A stretch of DNA of 49,699 nt, taken from contig JACMQM010000104.1 of NCBI GenBank assembly GCA_014376985.1, forward strand, positions 1-49,699. Direction: 5' to 3'. This document shows positions 16,435 through 25,464 of this stretch, one piece after another (position 1 is the stretch's first letter; each line of letters starts with the position of its first letter). The DNA comes from Cytophagaceae bacterium (GTDB lineage Bacteria; Bacteroidota; Bacteroidia; Cytophagales; Cytophagaceae). A model generated the notes under the pieces. It ran no database searches, was not told the DNA's origin, and worked only from the letters and a program-made list of their open reading frames with translations. The translations under genes were made by a program, and so were the position numbers.

Positions 16435-16440
16435 AACTAA

Positions 16441-17100
16441 ATGCCCTTTTACACCAGGTCGCAATTCGCTGATTTGTGCGGGATTGAAAAGAAAAACGCC
16501 CGCGCTTACATTTCCACTAATATAAAACGTGGGCGCATCGTGCTCTCGGGAGAATTGATCGATGACGAGTTGGAGGTGAACAAAGATTTTTTGGCCCGCG
16601 CATTGGTCAATGCGGAAAAAAGGGAACAGCCCCAGCAAGAAGAATCCACAAACGAATCCGCTCCCGGGCCGAAAGTTTCTAAACCAATTTATCCGGATCA
16701 GCCTGGTAAAAATTTGCAGAAGCCGAATACAACCGGCAACATGTCAATCGAAAAGGCGCTCAAGCAGCAAGAGTTCGAGAAGAAACAAGTGGAAACCCGT
16801 ATCCTTAATATAAAAGAGCAGAAGTTAATCGGCGAAGTTATACCGACGGACTTGGTTAAAATGCTTTTTACGCAACATTCTCAGTCAATCACTACCGAAT
16901 TCAATAACAGTATCAGCGATTTGGTAACACTTTTTGCCAAACGAAACGGCATGAACACGAATGAACTCGCCGAAATGCGCGGGCAGATCGTTGTAATAAT
17001 TAACACGGCAGTGGATAAAGCGGTCAATCTTTCCAAGAAAAATATCAATAATATTATAAACGAGTTCGCCGTCAAACGAGACGTGGGAGAAAGGGAATAA
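16441..17100 (+). CDS. terminase small subunit (putative)
   Basis: Position directly upstream of TerL. N-terminal HTH-like SQFADLCGIEKKNARAYISTNIKRGRIV. Confidence 0.6.
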   Translation: MPFYTRSQFADLCGIEKKNARAYISTNIKRGRIVLSGELIDDELEVNKDFLARALVNAEKREQPQQEESTNESAPGPKVSKPIYPDQPGKNLQKPNTTGNMSIEKALKQQEFEKKQVETRILNIKEQKLIGEVIPTDLVKMLFTQHSQSITTEFNNSISDLVTLFAKRNGMNTNELAEMRGQIVVIINTAVDKAVNLSKKNINNIINEFAVKRDVGERE

Positions 17101-17106
17101 AAAGTT

Positions 17107-19113
17107 ATGTTGTTAGACTACAGCCTTCAATTAGATGAAATTTTAGAAAGCAGTAGGATACATCTCTCTTCAATAAAACCCAGTGAATGGACCGAGGCGA
17201 ACATGATAATGCAGAAGCCTTTCCCTGGTCCATTCAGGTACAGCCGTACACCATACACCAGAGAAATTATAGATTGTTTTGCACCAGACCATCCGGCGCG
17301 CATTGTAAGCGTGATGAAAGGCGCTCAGGTTGGATTTTCTTCCGGTGTTATCTATCCAGCGGTGGGATGGATAATGAAAAACCAACCAGGTAATACTCTT
17401 TTGATGGTTGGCCACGATGATTTAGTGGAAGAAACCATGACGAAAATCGATTTAATGATTGACGCCACGGGACTAAGGCCACTCATTCGGTCAGCAGTTC
17501 AAAGAAATAAGGCCGGTAAAACTGGTGATACAAATACAAAAAAGGAATTTCCGCAGGGATATTTGGTAGTTGGTAGCGCAAACAACCACAAAGTACTCCG
17601 CCAGCGTGATATGCAGTATGGGATTATTGATGACTTTGAAGCCGTAAAAGGAAGTTCAAAAGAATCAGGTAACAGCCGTAAACTAATTGAACAACGTTTC
17701 GCCGCGTACGCGGACAAAATGAAACTGTTTTATATTTCAACTCCGGAGTTGAAACAGACCAGTAACATCGAACCTGCATACATGTTGGGGGACCGTCGTA
17801 AATTTATGGTACCATGTCCTGAGTGTGCAGAGTTCATAGATCTACATTGGAGTATTGCTGTTGATGGTGATCCTAAACAGATGGCCGGTATTACCTGGAA
17901 AAAAGATTCTCGAGGTAAGTTGGTCCATGGTTCTGTTGGTTATGTTTGCCAAAAATGCGCAGGATTCTTTGACGATAGGAAGAAGAACGAACTTTTACAA
18001 CCAGGATTTTGGAGGCCAACAGCGGAACCATCACGCCTTGGAAATTATTCATACCACTTATCCAGCTTGTACGCACCGGCAGGAATGTACGATTGGGAAC
18101 ATTATGCGTTGAACTTTGAGGAAGCGCACCCAGAGGGCAGCAAAAGAGACGAGCATTTATTCCAAACACACCAAAATTTATGCCTGGGTTTAACTTATGA
18201 AGCAACTGGTGAAACATTAAAAGCCAATGAGCTACAGAAAAATATTTCTAAATACGAGATCGGTCTTATTCCTGAGAAGATTTCAGTCAACCACGGCAAC
18301 GGAGAAATTGTTTTAATTACGTGCGCATGCGATTTGAACGGAACGGAAAACGATGCCAGGCTGGATTATGAAGTTGTGGCATGGTCAGAAAGCGGCTCCT
18401 CCTATAGTATAGAACACGGAAGTATTGGAACATTTATCCCCCGGGAGGGCGCGAAGAAAAACAAAGAGGATCGTGCACGTTGGACTTATGAACATTATAG
18501 AAGTAATAGTGTGTGGCCAGAATTAGATAAGGTGATCGGAAAAATTTACGAGACGGATACGAATCGTAAAATGCAAATATTCATCACCGGTATAGATTGC
18601 GGTCACTACACAAACCATGCTTACACTTATATAGATAACAGTAATTATACAGTTGTTGGTTTAAAGGGTAAGGATTCGGATAAATTAGTACGATTGAGCG
18701 CCGATATGCCGACATTTAAGCCGGCGAGAGAGCGCGCCAAGTTGTATTTGGTTGAAGTAAATCATGTGAAGGACGACCTTGCAGACCTTATGAAACTTAA
18801 ATATGACTCTGGAAATGACGATAAACAACCACCGGGATTTATGAATTATCCAATTCCATCTAGCGGCATGTACCTTTTTGATAATTTCTTCGAACATTAT
18901 CAAGCCGAACATCGCATCGTTGTAAACAAGGAAGGTGAAGGGATATCGGCGCGCTGGGTAAAAATAAATACAAATGTTCAAAATCACTTTTTTGATGTGC
19001 GTATTTATAATATGACACTGAAGGAAATCCTAAGTTCAATTGTGTGTAAAGAAGCAAAAATCAAAAACCACACATGGAAGGATTTTGCTGATTTAATGAT
19101 GGGAAGAATGTAG
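17107..19113 (+). CDS. terL: terminase large subunit, lambda gpA family
   Basis: 668 aa. TPYTREIID...VMKGAQVGFSS N-terminal signature and the zinc-finger-like CPECAEF...CQKCAGFF are typical of gpA-type terminases. Confidence 0.85.
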   Translation: MLLDYSLQLDEILESSRIHLSSIKPSEWTEANMIMQKPFPGPFRYSRTPYTREIIDCFAPDHPARIVSVMKGAQVGFSSGVIYPAVGWIMKNQPGNTLLMVGHDDLVEETMTKIDLMIDATGLRPLIRSAVQRNKAGKTGDTNTKKEFPQGYLVVGSANNHKVLRQRDMQYGIIDDFEAVKGSSKESGNSRKLIEQRFAAYADKMKLFYISTPELKQTSNIEPAYMLGDRRKFMVPCPECAEFIDLHWSIAVDGDPKQMAGITWKKDSRGKLVHGSVGYVCQKCAGFFDDRKKNELLQPGFWRPTAEPSRLGNYSYHLSSLYAPAGMYDWEHYALNFEEAHPEGSKRDEHLFQTHQNLCLGLTYEATGETLKANELQKNISKYEIGLIPEKISVNHGNGEIVLITCACDLNGTENDARLDYEVVAWSESGSSYSIEHGSIGTFIPREGAKKNKEDRARWTYEHYRSNSVWPELDKVIGKIYETDTNRKMQIFITGIDCGHYTNHAYTYIDNSNYTVVGLKGKDSDKLVRLSADMPTFKPARERAKLYLVEVNHVKDDLADLMKLKYDSGNDDKQPPGFMNYPIPSSGMYLFDNFFEHYQAEHRIVVNKEGEGISARWVKINTNVQNHFFDVRIYNMTLKEILSSIVCKEAKIKNHTWKDFADLMMGRM

Positions 19114-19116
19114 TTA

Positions 19117-19142
19117 TATTTCTGTCCCCTCTTTGGGGACAG
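19117..19142 (+). repeat. 26-nt hairpin element, copy 1
   Basis: TATTTCTGTCCCCTCTTTGGGGACAG (stem CTGTCCCC/GGGGACAG), identical to 34204-34229. Confidence 0.85.
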
Positions 19143-19158
19143 ACTTTGTAAGCGGCTC

Positions 19159-19193
19159 TATAATGGTATAATTTCAAACGTTATACCATTATA
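19159..19193. promoter_or_regulatory. 13-bp perfect inverted repeat upstream of the sheath gene
   Basis: TATAATGGTATAA-N9-TTATACCATTATA, ending 13 nt before ATG 19207. Confidence 0.5.
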
Positions 19194-19206
19194 AAACGCA
19201 TTTACC

Positions 19207-20727
19207 ATGGCATCGGACGCAGTAGGATTAGAAAGGGTTTCCAGAGTAGTAGGTTACAAACTTCAAAAGGGAAACTTCAGTGAAGTAACCCCCAATCTTC
19301 CACAAAGTATCGCTGTCTTAGGTGAAGCGAACGAGGCCAATCAGGCCGCACTCGATTTAACCCCATGGGTTTTTACATCGTTGCAACAAGCTGGAATCCG
19401 TTACGGATTCGGTTCTCCGATTTATTCTTCATTAAGAATTTTAAAACCAAACAGCGGAAGAGGTAGCGGAGGTATTCCAATCACTGTATATCCACAAGCT
19501 AAAGCGGGTGGATCGGTAGCTAAGATTTTATATGTAACTCCAACTGGTACCGCTACAGGGAATACAACTCATACCGTTGTGCTCGCCGGTCGTTATGGTC
19601 TTGATGGTGATACGTACGATTTCACTGTAAACACTGGTGATACTCCAGCAGTAATCTGCGGTAAAATTTCATCTGCGGTAAACTCTATTTTGGGAGCGCC
19701 AGCAATTGGAACAGCAACATCAACAGAAGCAGTATTAACCGCAAAATGGAAAGGTTTAACTTCCCAGGATCTTGTAGTTAGTATTGACACAAACGGTAAC
19801 GATGCCGGTGTAACATACGCAGTAACTCAAAACACCGCAGGCGCTGGAACTCCAACCATTGGCACCTCTTTATCATTGTTTGGTAATACATGGCATACTC
19901 AAGTAGTTAATACCTACGGTGCAGTACCTTCTATTATGACCGCCCTCGAAACATTTAACGGAATACCTGACCCGACAGCCCCAACAGGTAGATACCAAGC
20001 CACTATTGTCAAGCCATTCATCGCTCTTACCGGTTCTGTTTTGGATGATCCTTCATCTTTGACAGATGGAAGGTTGAACGATGTAACAATTGCTATTTGT
20101 CCCGCCCCTCTTTCCAAAGGACTTCCATACGAAGCGGCAGCAAATATGTGTGTATTATTCGCGCGCCAGGCACAAGATACTCCACACTTAGATGTTGAAG
20201 GTAAATCTTACCCTGACATGCCGACTCCTAAAACAATCGGCTCAATGTCTACATACGATTTTAGAGATCAAATCGTACAGAAAGGTTGCTCAACGGTTGA
20301 ATTGGTTGGCGGTAAATATATGGTTGATGATTTCGTGACAACCTATCACCCATTGGGTGAAAACCCTCCTCAATACAGGTATTGCAGAATATTGAATATT
20401 GACTTCAACATTCGTTTTGCTTATTACCTGAAAGAAGAGATCAATGTAAAAGATCACGTTATCGCGAACGATGATGATATCGTAACAGCTTCAAAAGTTG
20501 TTAAACCTAAACAATGGAAACAGGTTTTAAATAATCTTTTCGAAGAGTTAGAATCTCGTGCATTGATTGTTGATTCAGGTTTCTCTTCGGCCTCTTTAAC
20601 TGTTTCCATTGGAACGGTAAACCCTGATAGACTTGAAACATTCTTTAAATATAAACGCTCTGGAGTAGTTCGTATTTCAAGCACAACTGCGGAAGCAGGA
20701 TTTAATACTGGTTCATTACAAAATTAA
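19207..20727 (+). CDS. tail sheath protein (putative)
   Basis: 506 aa, in first position of the sheath-tube-chaperone-tape measure order. Confidence 0.55.
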   Translation: MASDAVGLERVSRVVGYKLQKGNFSEVTPNLPQSIAVLGEANEANQAALDLTPWVFTSLQQAGIRYGFGSPIYSSLRILKPNSGRGSGGIPITVYPQAKAGGSVAKILYVTPTGTATGNTTHTVVLAGRYGLDGDTYDFTVNTGDTPAVICGKISSAVNSILGAPAIGTATSTEAVLTAKWKGLTSQDLVVSIDTNGNDAGVTYAVTQNTAGAGTPTIGTSLSLFGNTWHTQVVNTYGAVPSIMTALETFNGIPDPTAPTGRYQATIVKPFIALTGSVLDDPSSLTDGRLNDVTIAICPAPLSKGLPYEAAANMCVLFARQAQDTPHLDVEGKSYPDMPTPKTIGSMSTYDFRDQIVQKGCSTVELVGGKYMVDDFVTTYHPLGENPPQYRYCRILNIDFNIRFAYYLKEEINVKDHVIANDDDIVTASKVVKPKQWKQVLNNLFEELESRALIVDSGFSSASLTVSIGTVNPDRLETFFKYKRSGVVRISSTTAEAGFNTGSLQN

Positions 20728-20732
20728 CATAT

Positions 20733-20805
20733 CGCGGGGTAGAGCAGTTGGTAGCTCGCTGGGCTCATAATCCGGAGGCCGCAGGTTCGAGTCCTGTCCC
20801 CGCTA
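20733..20805 (+). tRNA. tRNA-Met (CAT), initiator-like
   Basis: Sequence CGCGGGG TA GAGC AGTTGGTA GCTC G CTGGG CTCATAA TCCGG AGGCC GCAGG TTCGAGT CCTGT CCCCGCT A. C1 is opposite T72 (unpaired) and a G run precedes the anticodon loop. Confidence 0.8.
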
Positions 20806-20821
20806 CAAAACAAATACAACT

Positions 20822-21241
20822 ATGGCAGTAGGTGGCGATATCGTCGAGATCACATGGAATCACCCAACACTAGGTACGGGTGTAGTTTATCCTAAAGCGG
20901 CAGAAGATAGCACATTTGATCATGGCGGCTTCAGAGGAAACGATGATGCTAACATGATAGATGGTAGCGGGAAAACAATCAGACAACTCAACCGAGTAAG
21001 ATGGTCTGTTGAAACAACTTGCTCATGGGATATGAACAGTGCCACAGAGGTGGAAAAATTTAGTGCTCTTGCTGGTGATCCACAGGAGGCCGATTGGACA
21101 TTTACACACGTTAACGGTGTCGTTAAAGGTGGTAAAGGTTCTCCGGTTGGCGATATACAAGGAAACGGAAATGCCGCGACGTTTGCTATCAAAATCTCAG
21201 GCGGTGGAAAATTGAAAAATATTGTTGGACCTACAATTTAA
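20822..21241 (+). CDS. tail tube protein (putative)
   Basis: 139 aa, lying between the sheath and chaperone genes. Confidence 0.5.
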   Translation: MAVGGDIVEITWNHPTLGTGVVYPKAAEDSTFDHGGFRGNDDANMIDGSGKTIRQLNRVRWSVETTCSWDMNSATEVEKFSALAGDPQEADWTFTHVNGVVKGGKGSPVGDIQGNGNAATFAIKISGGGKLKNIVGPTI

Positions 21242-21244
21242 ACT

Positions 21245-21655
21245 ATGAAACTAGAAGTAAAAATTCCTTTAGACAAAGCGGCAGAAGAAATCGAGGCCTG
21301 GTTTGACAGAAAAAAAATTATGCCATCCCAGAGAGAAACATACAAAGACCACACGGAGATTTTAGTGGAGGCTTTGGCTTACGGTATTCTGGCACTTGAC
21401 GATCAAGGATGTTTTACTCAACAGATACAGCATACTTCAGAAGATGAAGCTGCTGTATCTGTTCTGAAATATAAATCAAGGGTTAGCGCTCGTGTAGTTG
21501 AGCCACACTTAAAAGGTGTTAAAGGGAGCGATTCTGATGGCCGTATTTTGGCTTACATGGCATGTTTAACGGATCAACCTAAAGGCGTGTTAAAGGCTTT
21601 GGATTCTTCCGATTCTCGTATTGCTAACTCTATCGTAGTTTTTTTTCTGGGATAG
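21245..21655 (+). CDS. tail assembly chaperone (short, in-frame product)
   Basis: Position upstream of the tape measure. Ends just after a T8 slippery run. Confidence 0.6.
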   Translation: MKLEVKIPLDKAAEEIEAWFDRKKIMPSQRETYKDHTEILVEALAYGILALDDQGCFTQQIQHTSEDEAAVSVLKYKSRVSARVVEPHLKGVKGSDSDGRILAYMACLTDQPKGVLKALDSSDSRIANSIVVFFLG

Positions 21656-21840
21656 GTTGGGCGTCCCTGATCAACATGATTGCAACGGTTGTCCGGGAAC
21701 ATCATTGGTCACCTGCTGTAGTGGGTGACCTTTATTGTGATAGCGAGGATTACCAAGGATTAGAATTTTGGTACAATGATGTTCTCGAGTGTATTGAAAA
21801 TGTAAAAGCAAAAACAACAGTTACCCCAACCACTACTTAA
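21245..21840 (+). CDS. tail assembly chaperone, -1 frameshift fusion product (G-T-like)
   Basis: Slippery T TTT TTT at 21640-21646. The -1 frame stays open (FFSGIGWASLINMIATVVREHHWSPAVVGDLYCDSEDYQGLEFWYNDVLECIENVKAKTTVTPTTT) to TAA 21838-21840, 2 nt before the tape measure ATG. Confidence 0.6.
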
Positions 21841-21842
21841 AA

Positions 21843-23786
21843 ATGCCGGCGTTCATTGTCCCTTCCATATTCACCGCAATAGACAAGCTTACCAGCCCTA
21901 TTAAAGGGATGATAAAAAGCTTGGACTCATTCGGTTCGAGGGCGGATGCCGCAATTTCAAGGAGTGAAAGACTTTTTAAGAAACTAACACCAGCGCTCTC
22001 CGGAGCGGCGAAGGAGTTTTTAGCCTTTGCGTCTACCGCGGCGATCACCGCCGCGATTGTTTCTGGTATTTCTTTTTCATCAAAATCCTTAATTGATTAT
22101 CAGGATTCAGTTGCGAAATTCAGAACAATCGTAAGCGATCTATCCGATAAAGACTTTGCAAAATTTCAGAATAAAATAAATTCAGTTGCTGCTGATACAA
22201 AGGAATCATCGATAACAGTTGCCAACTCGTTCGAGATGATTGCCGGGTTGAATGCTAAACTGGCAGAAACCGCAGACGGTTTGGGTACTGTATCCAAAGC
22301 GGCGATCACTTTATCTCAGGCTTCGAAAGATGAACTCGGAAAATCAGCGAGTAACCTGGTTGGTATTTTGAACCAATTCAATCTCCAGGCGGACCAGGCC
22401 AACCGAGTAATAAATGTTTTGGCCGCTGGTCAGGCTGTTGGTGCATCTTCAATCATAGAAACAGCCGACGCATTTACTGTGTTTGGTGCCGTTGCCGATG
22501 CTTCAAATTTAAGTTTGGAACAAAGTACGGCATTAACCGAAGTGTTGGCATCAAAGCAAATTAAAGGAGCAGAAGCTGGTACTGCATTGCGTGGTACTTT
22601 GATAAAATTGAAAGCAGCAGGACTTGGTTATACATCAGGTTTATTTAATACTCGTGATGCATTGGCTGAATTAAAAACCAAGTTTGACAAATTGCATACT
22701 GCCAAGGAAAAAGATGCTTTGATTGATAAAGTATTTGGTACAATCAACGCAACAACCGGTACAATTTTATTAAACAATATTGGTCTGTACGATACTTTTA
22801 CTAAAAAAGTAACGGGAACAAGTGAAGCCCAAAAAGCGGCAGAGATCAATAACAATACCCTATCCAAATCATTAGAAAGGCTTAGTAATAAATGGGTGAA
22901 TCTTATCACCGGTAGCGAAAGGGTATCTGCGGGAGTTGATATGTTCACAACTGCGGTTATTTTCTTGACCGATCACATGGAAGGTATTATTACGACTGGT
23001 GCAGTGATTCTTGGTTTTTTTGCTGGTTGGAAGGCATTGTTAATTGGGAGCAAAATAGCCATGGCCGCTTACAACATTGCTTATGGAATAAACAACGCAA
23101 TACAAAAGAGGTCACTGTTCTATACTCAAGGAAATACATACGCTAAAACAGCCGATTTAATAGCTACAAAAGCAATCACCGCTGCGCAGTGGTTGTGGAA
23201 TGCTGCCATGAGTGCCAATCCTATCGCGCTTATTGTAATAGGTATTGCACTACTCGTTGCTGGTGTTGTTTTAGCGATAAAGTATTGGAACGAATGGGGT
23301 GCCGCCGCGACTGCGGTATTCGCCATTTTTATGCCTTGGCTTTCCTTGATTATTTCCTTGATACAATCTTTCCGGAGAAACTGGGATATGATAACTAAAG
23401 CTTTTAAAGAAGGTGGAGTATTGGCAGGTATAAAGGCAATTGGAGCCACCTTGTTGGATGCTGTACTTATGCCATTGCAGCAAATTTTGGAAATCATCGC
23501 TAAAGTTACGGGAGCAGATTGGGCATCTGCTGCGGCTAAAGACTTGCAATCTTTCCGGGAAAAAATTGGAGTAAACGTAACAACTGACGAGAGCGGCCAG
23601 CCATTGGAAAAAGCCGCAGTTGATCCAGTGGCGGCCAAGCAGGATGCATTGGTTCAAAAAATGGAATCAACAAATAATGCGAAGGTAGATATCAACGTCA
23701 ACGATCCAAACGGAAGAACAACGGCATCAAGCGATAACAACAAAGTAAATATAAGTACTTCATCAACTATGCAATTCGGTAAATAG
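21843..23786 (+). CDS. tail tape measure protein
   Basis: 647 aa, Ala/Gly/Leu-rich helical sequence with central hydrophobic segments, in the canonical position. Confidence 0.8.
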   Translation: MPAFIVPSIFTAIDKLTSPIKGMIKSLDSFGSRADAAISRSERLFKKLTPALSGAAKEFLAFASTAAITAAIVSGISFSSKSLIDYQDSVAKFRTIVSDLSDKDFAKFQNKINSVAADTKESSITVANSFEMIAGLNAKLAETADGLGTVSKAAITLSQASKDELGKSASNLVGILNQFNLQADQANRVINVLAAGQAVGASSIIETADAFTVFGAVADASNLSLEQSTALTEVLASKQIKGAEAGTALRGTLIKLKAAGLGYTSGLFNTRDALAELKTKFDKLHTAKEKDALIDKVFGTINATTGTILLNNIGLYDTFTKKVTGTSEAQKAAEINNNTLSKSLERLSNKWVNLITGSERVSAGVDMFTTAVIFLTDHMEGIITTGAVILGFFAGWKALLIGSKIAMAAYNIAYGINNAIQKRSLFYTQGNTYAKTADLIATKAITAAQWLWNAAMSANPIALIVIGIALLVAGVVLAIKYWNEWGAAATAVFAIFMPWLSLIISLIQSFRRNWDMITKAFKEGGVLAGIKAIGATLLDAVLMPLQQILEIIAKVTGADWASAAAKDLQSFREKIGVNVTTDESGQPLEKAAVDPVAAKQDALVQKMESTNNAKVDINVNDPNGRTTASSDNNKVNISTSSTMQFGK

Positions 23787-23788
23787 AT

Positions 23789-24289
23789 ATGGATGTAGCT
23801 TTATTAGAAACTCTTAACGGGGGCGATATTCAAATAAATGGTAATGACCTGGCTTTACAAAATAGCTGGGGCAATATGATTTACATCGCTCTTTTTGGTG
23901 GTAATAAGGAAGCAGATACGAAATCCATTCCAGATAACGAGATGGATAATAGTTGGTGGGGTAATGACTTGTTAATGCCGAATGATCCCGCAATACAATT
24001 TAACTCAAAGACAGAAAGGATACTCGATTCGGTTGCATTAAACAGTAACGGAAGGATACAAATTGAAAATACAGTTAAAGAGGACCTCGCTTTTTTAACC
24101 ATCTATTTTATCATAGCTGTATCCGTTACTATTATTTCAACGGACCGAATCAAAATAGAAATACAGGTGAGAGCTTTAGATTCATTGCCGTCACAGTATG
24201 CCACCGCGATTATTATTTGGGATGTCAAAACTAAATCATTCGGGGATTTCAATTTCACAGACTTTAACGATCAGGATTTCTTTATATGA
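23789..24289 (+). CDS. baseplate/tail protein, unknown role
   Basis: 166 aa, translationally coupled to its neighbours. Confidence 0.45.
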   Translation: MDVALLETLNGGDIQINGNDLALQNSWGNMIYIALFGGNKEADTKSIPDNEMDNSWWGNDLLMPNDPAIQFNSKTERILDSVALNSNGRIQIENTVKEDLAFLTIYFIIAVSVTIISTDRIKIEIQVRALDSLPSQYATAIIIWDVKTKSFGDFNFTDFNDQDFFI

Positions 24290-25464
24290 ACCCTATCCCA
24301 ACTTCAAAACAATTGTACGATAGTATACTCGCTGATTTGAATGCGGCGTTTACAATTAATATACCTTTTTTTGGAAAGAGTTTCCTCAGAGCCTTGGCTG
24401 GTGTGCAGGCTGGTAAATTGAAATTATTTTACCTGCTTCTCGGCAAACTTCAAAAGAATATTTTTGTCGATACTGCGGATCCTGAATCATCAGGTGGAAC
24501 CCTTGAAAGGTTTGGCCGTGTAAAAATAAATAGGGATCCATTCAACGCACGGGCTGGGCAATATACTGCATCCGTTACCGGAACTGTTGGAGGTACGATT
24601 GACGCTTCAACTACTTTTAAAAGTGATGACAGTTCTCTCAATCCTGGTAAGCTATTTATTTTAGATACACCGTACACTCTCGTTTCATCTCCTGATTTTA
24701 TCACATTACGGGCTCTTACTTCTGGAACAAATGGAAAGCTAAATATAGGGGATACTCTTACTGTAACGGCGCCAGTTCCCAACGTGAATAAAATAGCTAC
24801 GGTAACTGCGGTAGTTATTGAACCACTGGAAGGAGAAGGGATAGAGGAATATCGTGGTAAAGTGGTTTTATCTTACCGGTTAGAACCACAAGGAGGAGCC
24901 GGTACAGATTACAGACTGTGGTCACAGGATGCTCAAGGCGTAAAACAAACATACGCGTACGCAAAATCTGGGGTTAAAAATGAAATTAATCTATTTGTGG
25001 AGGCCGAAATTTCGGACTCAACAGACGGAAAAGGAACACCATCCGCAGGACTTTTGGCCGATGTTGAAAGCGATATTGAAATGAATCCTGATACGGACTT
25101 ACCGGAAGAAGAACGGGGTCGGAGACCTTTAGGGATTTTTCAGATTCATTATTTACCTGTAACAATCAAGCAGGTGGATATAAATATTAATGGTTTTTCA
25201 GGCTTAACAACTGATATACAAACGGCAATTCTTAGCTCAATAAAATCATTGACTGATGATATTAGACCATTCGTTTCTTCAGTAGATATCCTTTCAAATA
25301 AAAACGACATTCTGGATGTGAATAGAATAGTTGCCGCAATTTTATCAGCCAGACCAGGAGCAGTTTTCGGAACGGTAACGATGAAAATTGACGGCGTAAC
25401 AATGTCAACTTTCCAATTCCTTTATGGGGATATCCCTTATTTAAATACTGTAACGTACGTATAG
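24286..25464 (+). CDS. baseplate J-like protein (Mu gp47 / P2 gpJ type)
   Basis: 392 aa. N-terminal pattern ...ILADLNAAF...FVDTADPESSGGTLERFGRVKINRDPFNARAGQYTASVTG resembles the baseplate-J family. Confidence 0.55.
   Translation: MNPIPTSKQLYDSILADLNAAFTINIPFFGKSFLRALAGVQAGKLKLFYLLLGKLQKNIFVDTADPESSGGTLERFGRVKINRDPFNARAGQYTASVTGTVGGTIDASTTFKSDDSSLNPGKLFILDTPYTLVSSPDFITLRALTSGTNGKLNIGDTLTVTAPVPNVNKIATVTAVVIEPLEGEGIEEYRGKVVLSYRLEPQGGAGTDYRLWSQDAQGVKQTYAYAKSGVKNEINLFVEAEISDSTDGKGTPSAGLLADVESDIEMNPDTDLPEEERGRRPLGIFQIHYLPVTIKQVDININGFSGLTTDIQTAILSSIKSLTDDIRPFVSSVDILSNKNDILDVNRIVAAILSARPGAVFGTVTMKIDGVTMSTFQFLYGDIPYLNTVTYV

Noticed and set aside
23126-23657. Two long minus-strand ORFs (170 aa and 128 aa) inside the tape measure gene
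   Set aside because: They are antisense shadows of the Ala/Gly-rich tape-measure coding sequence. The plus-strand gene is continuous and in canonical context.
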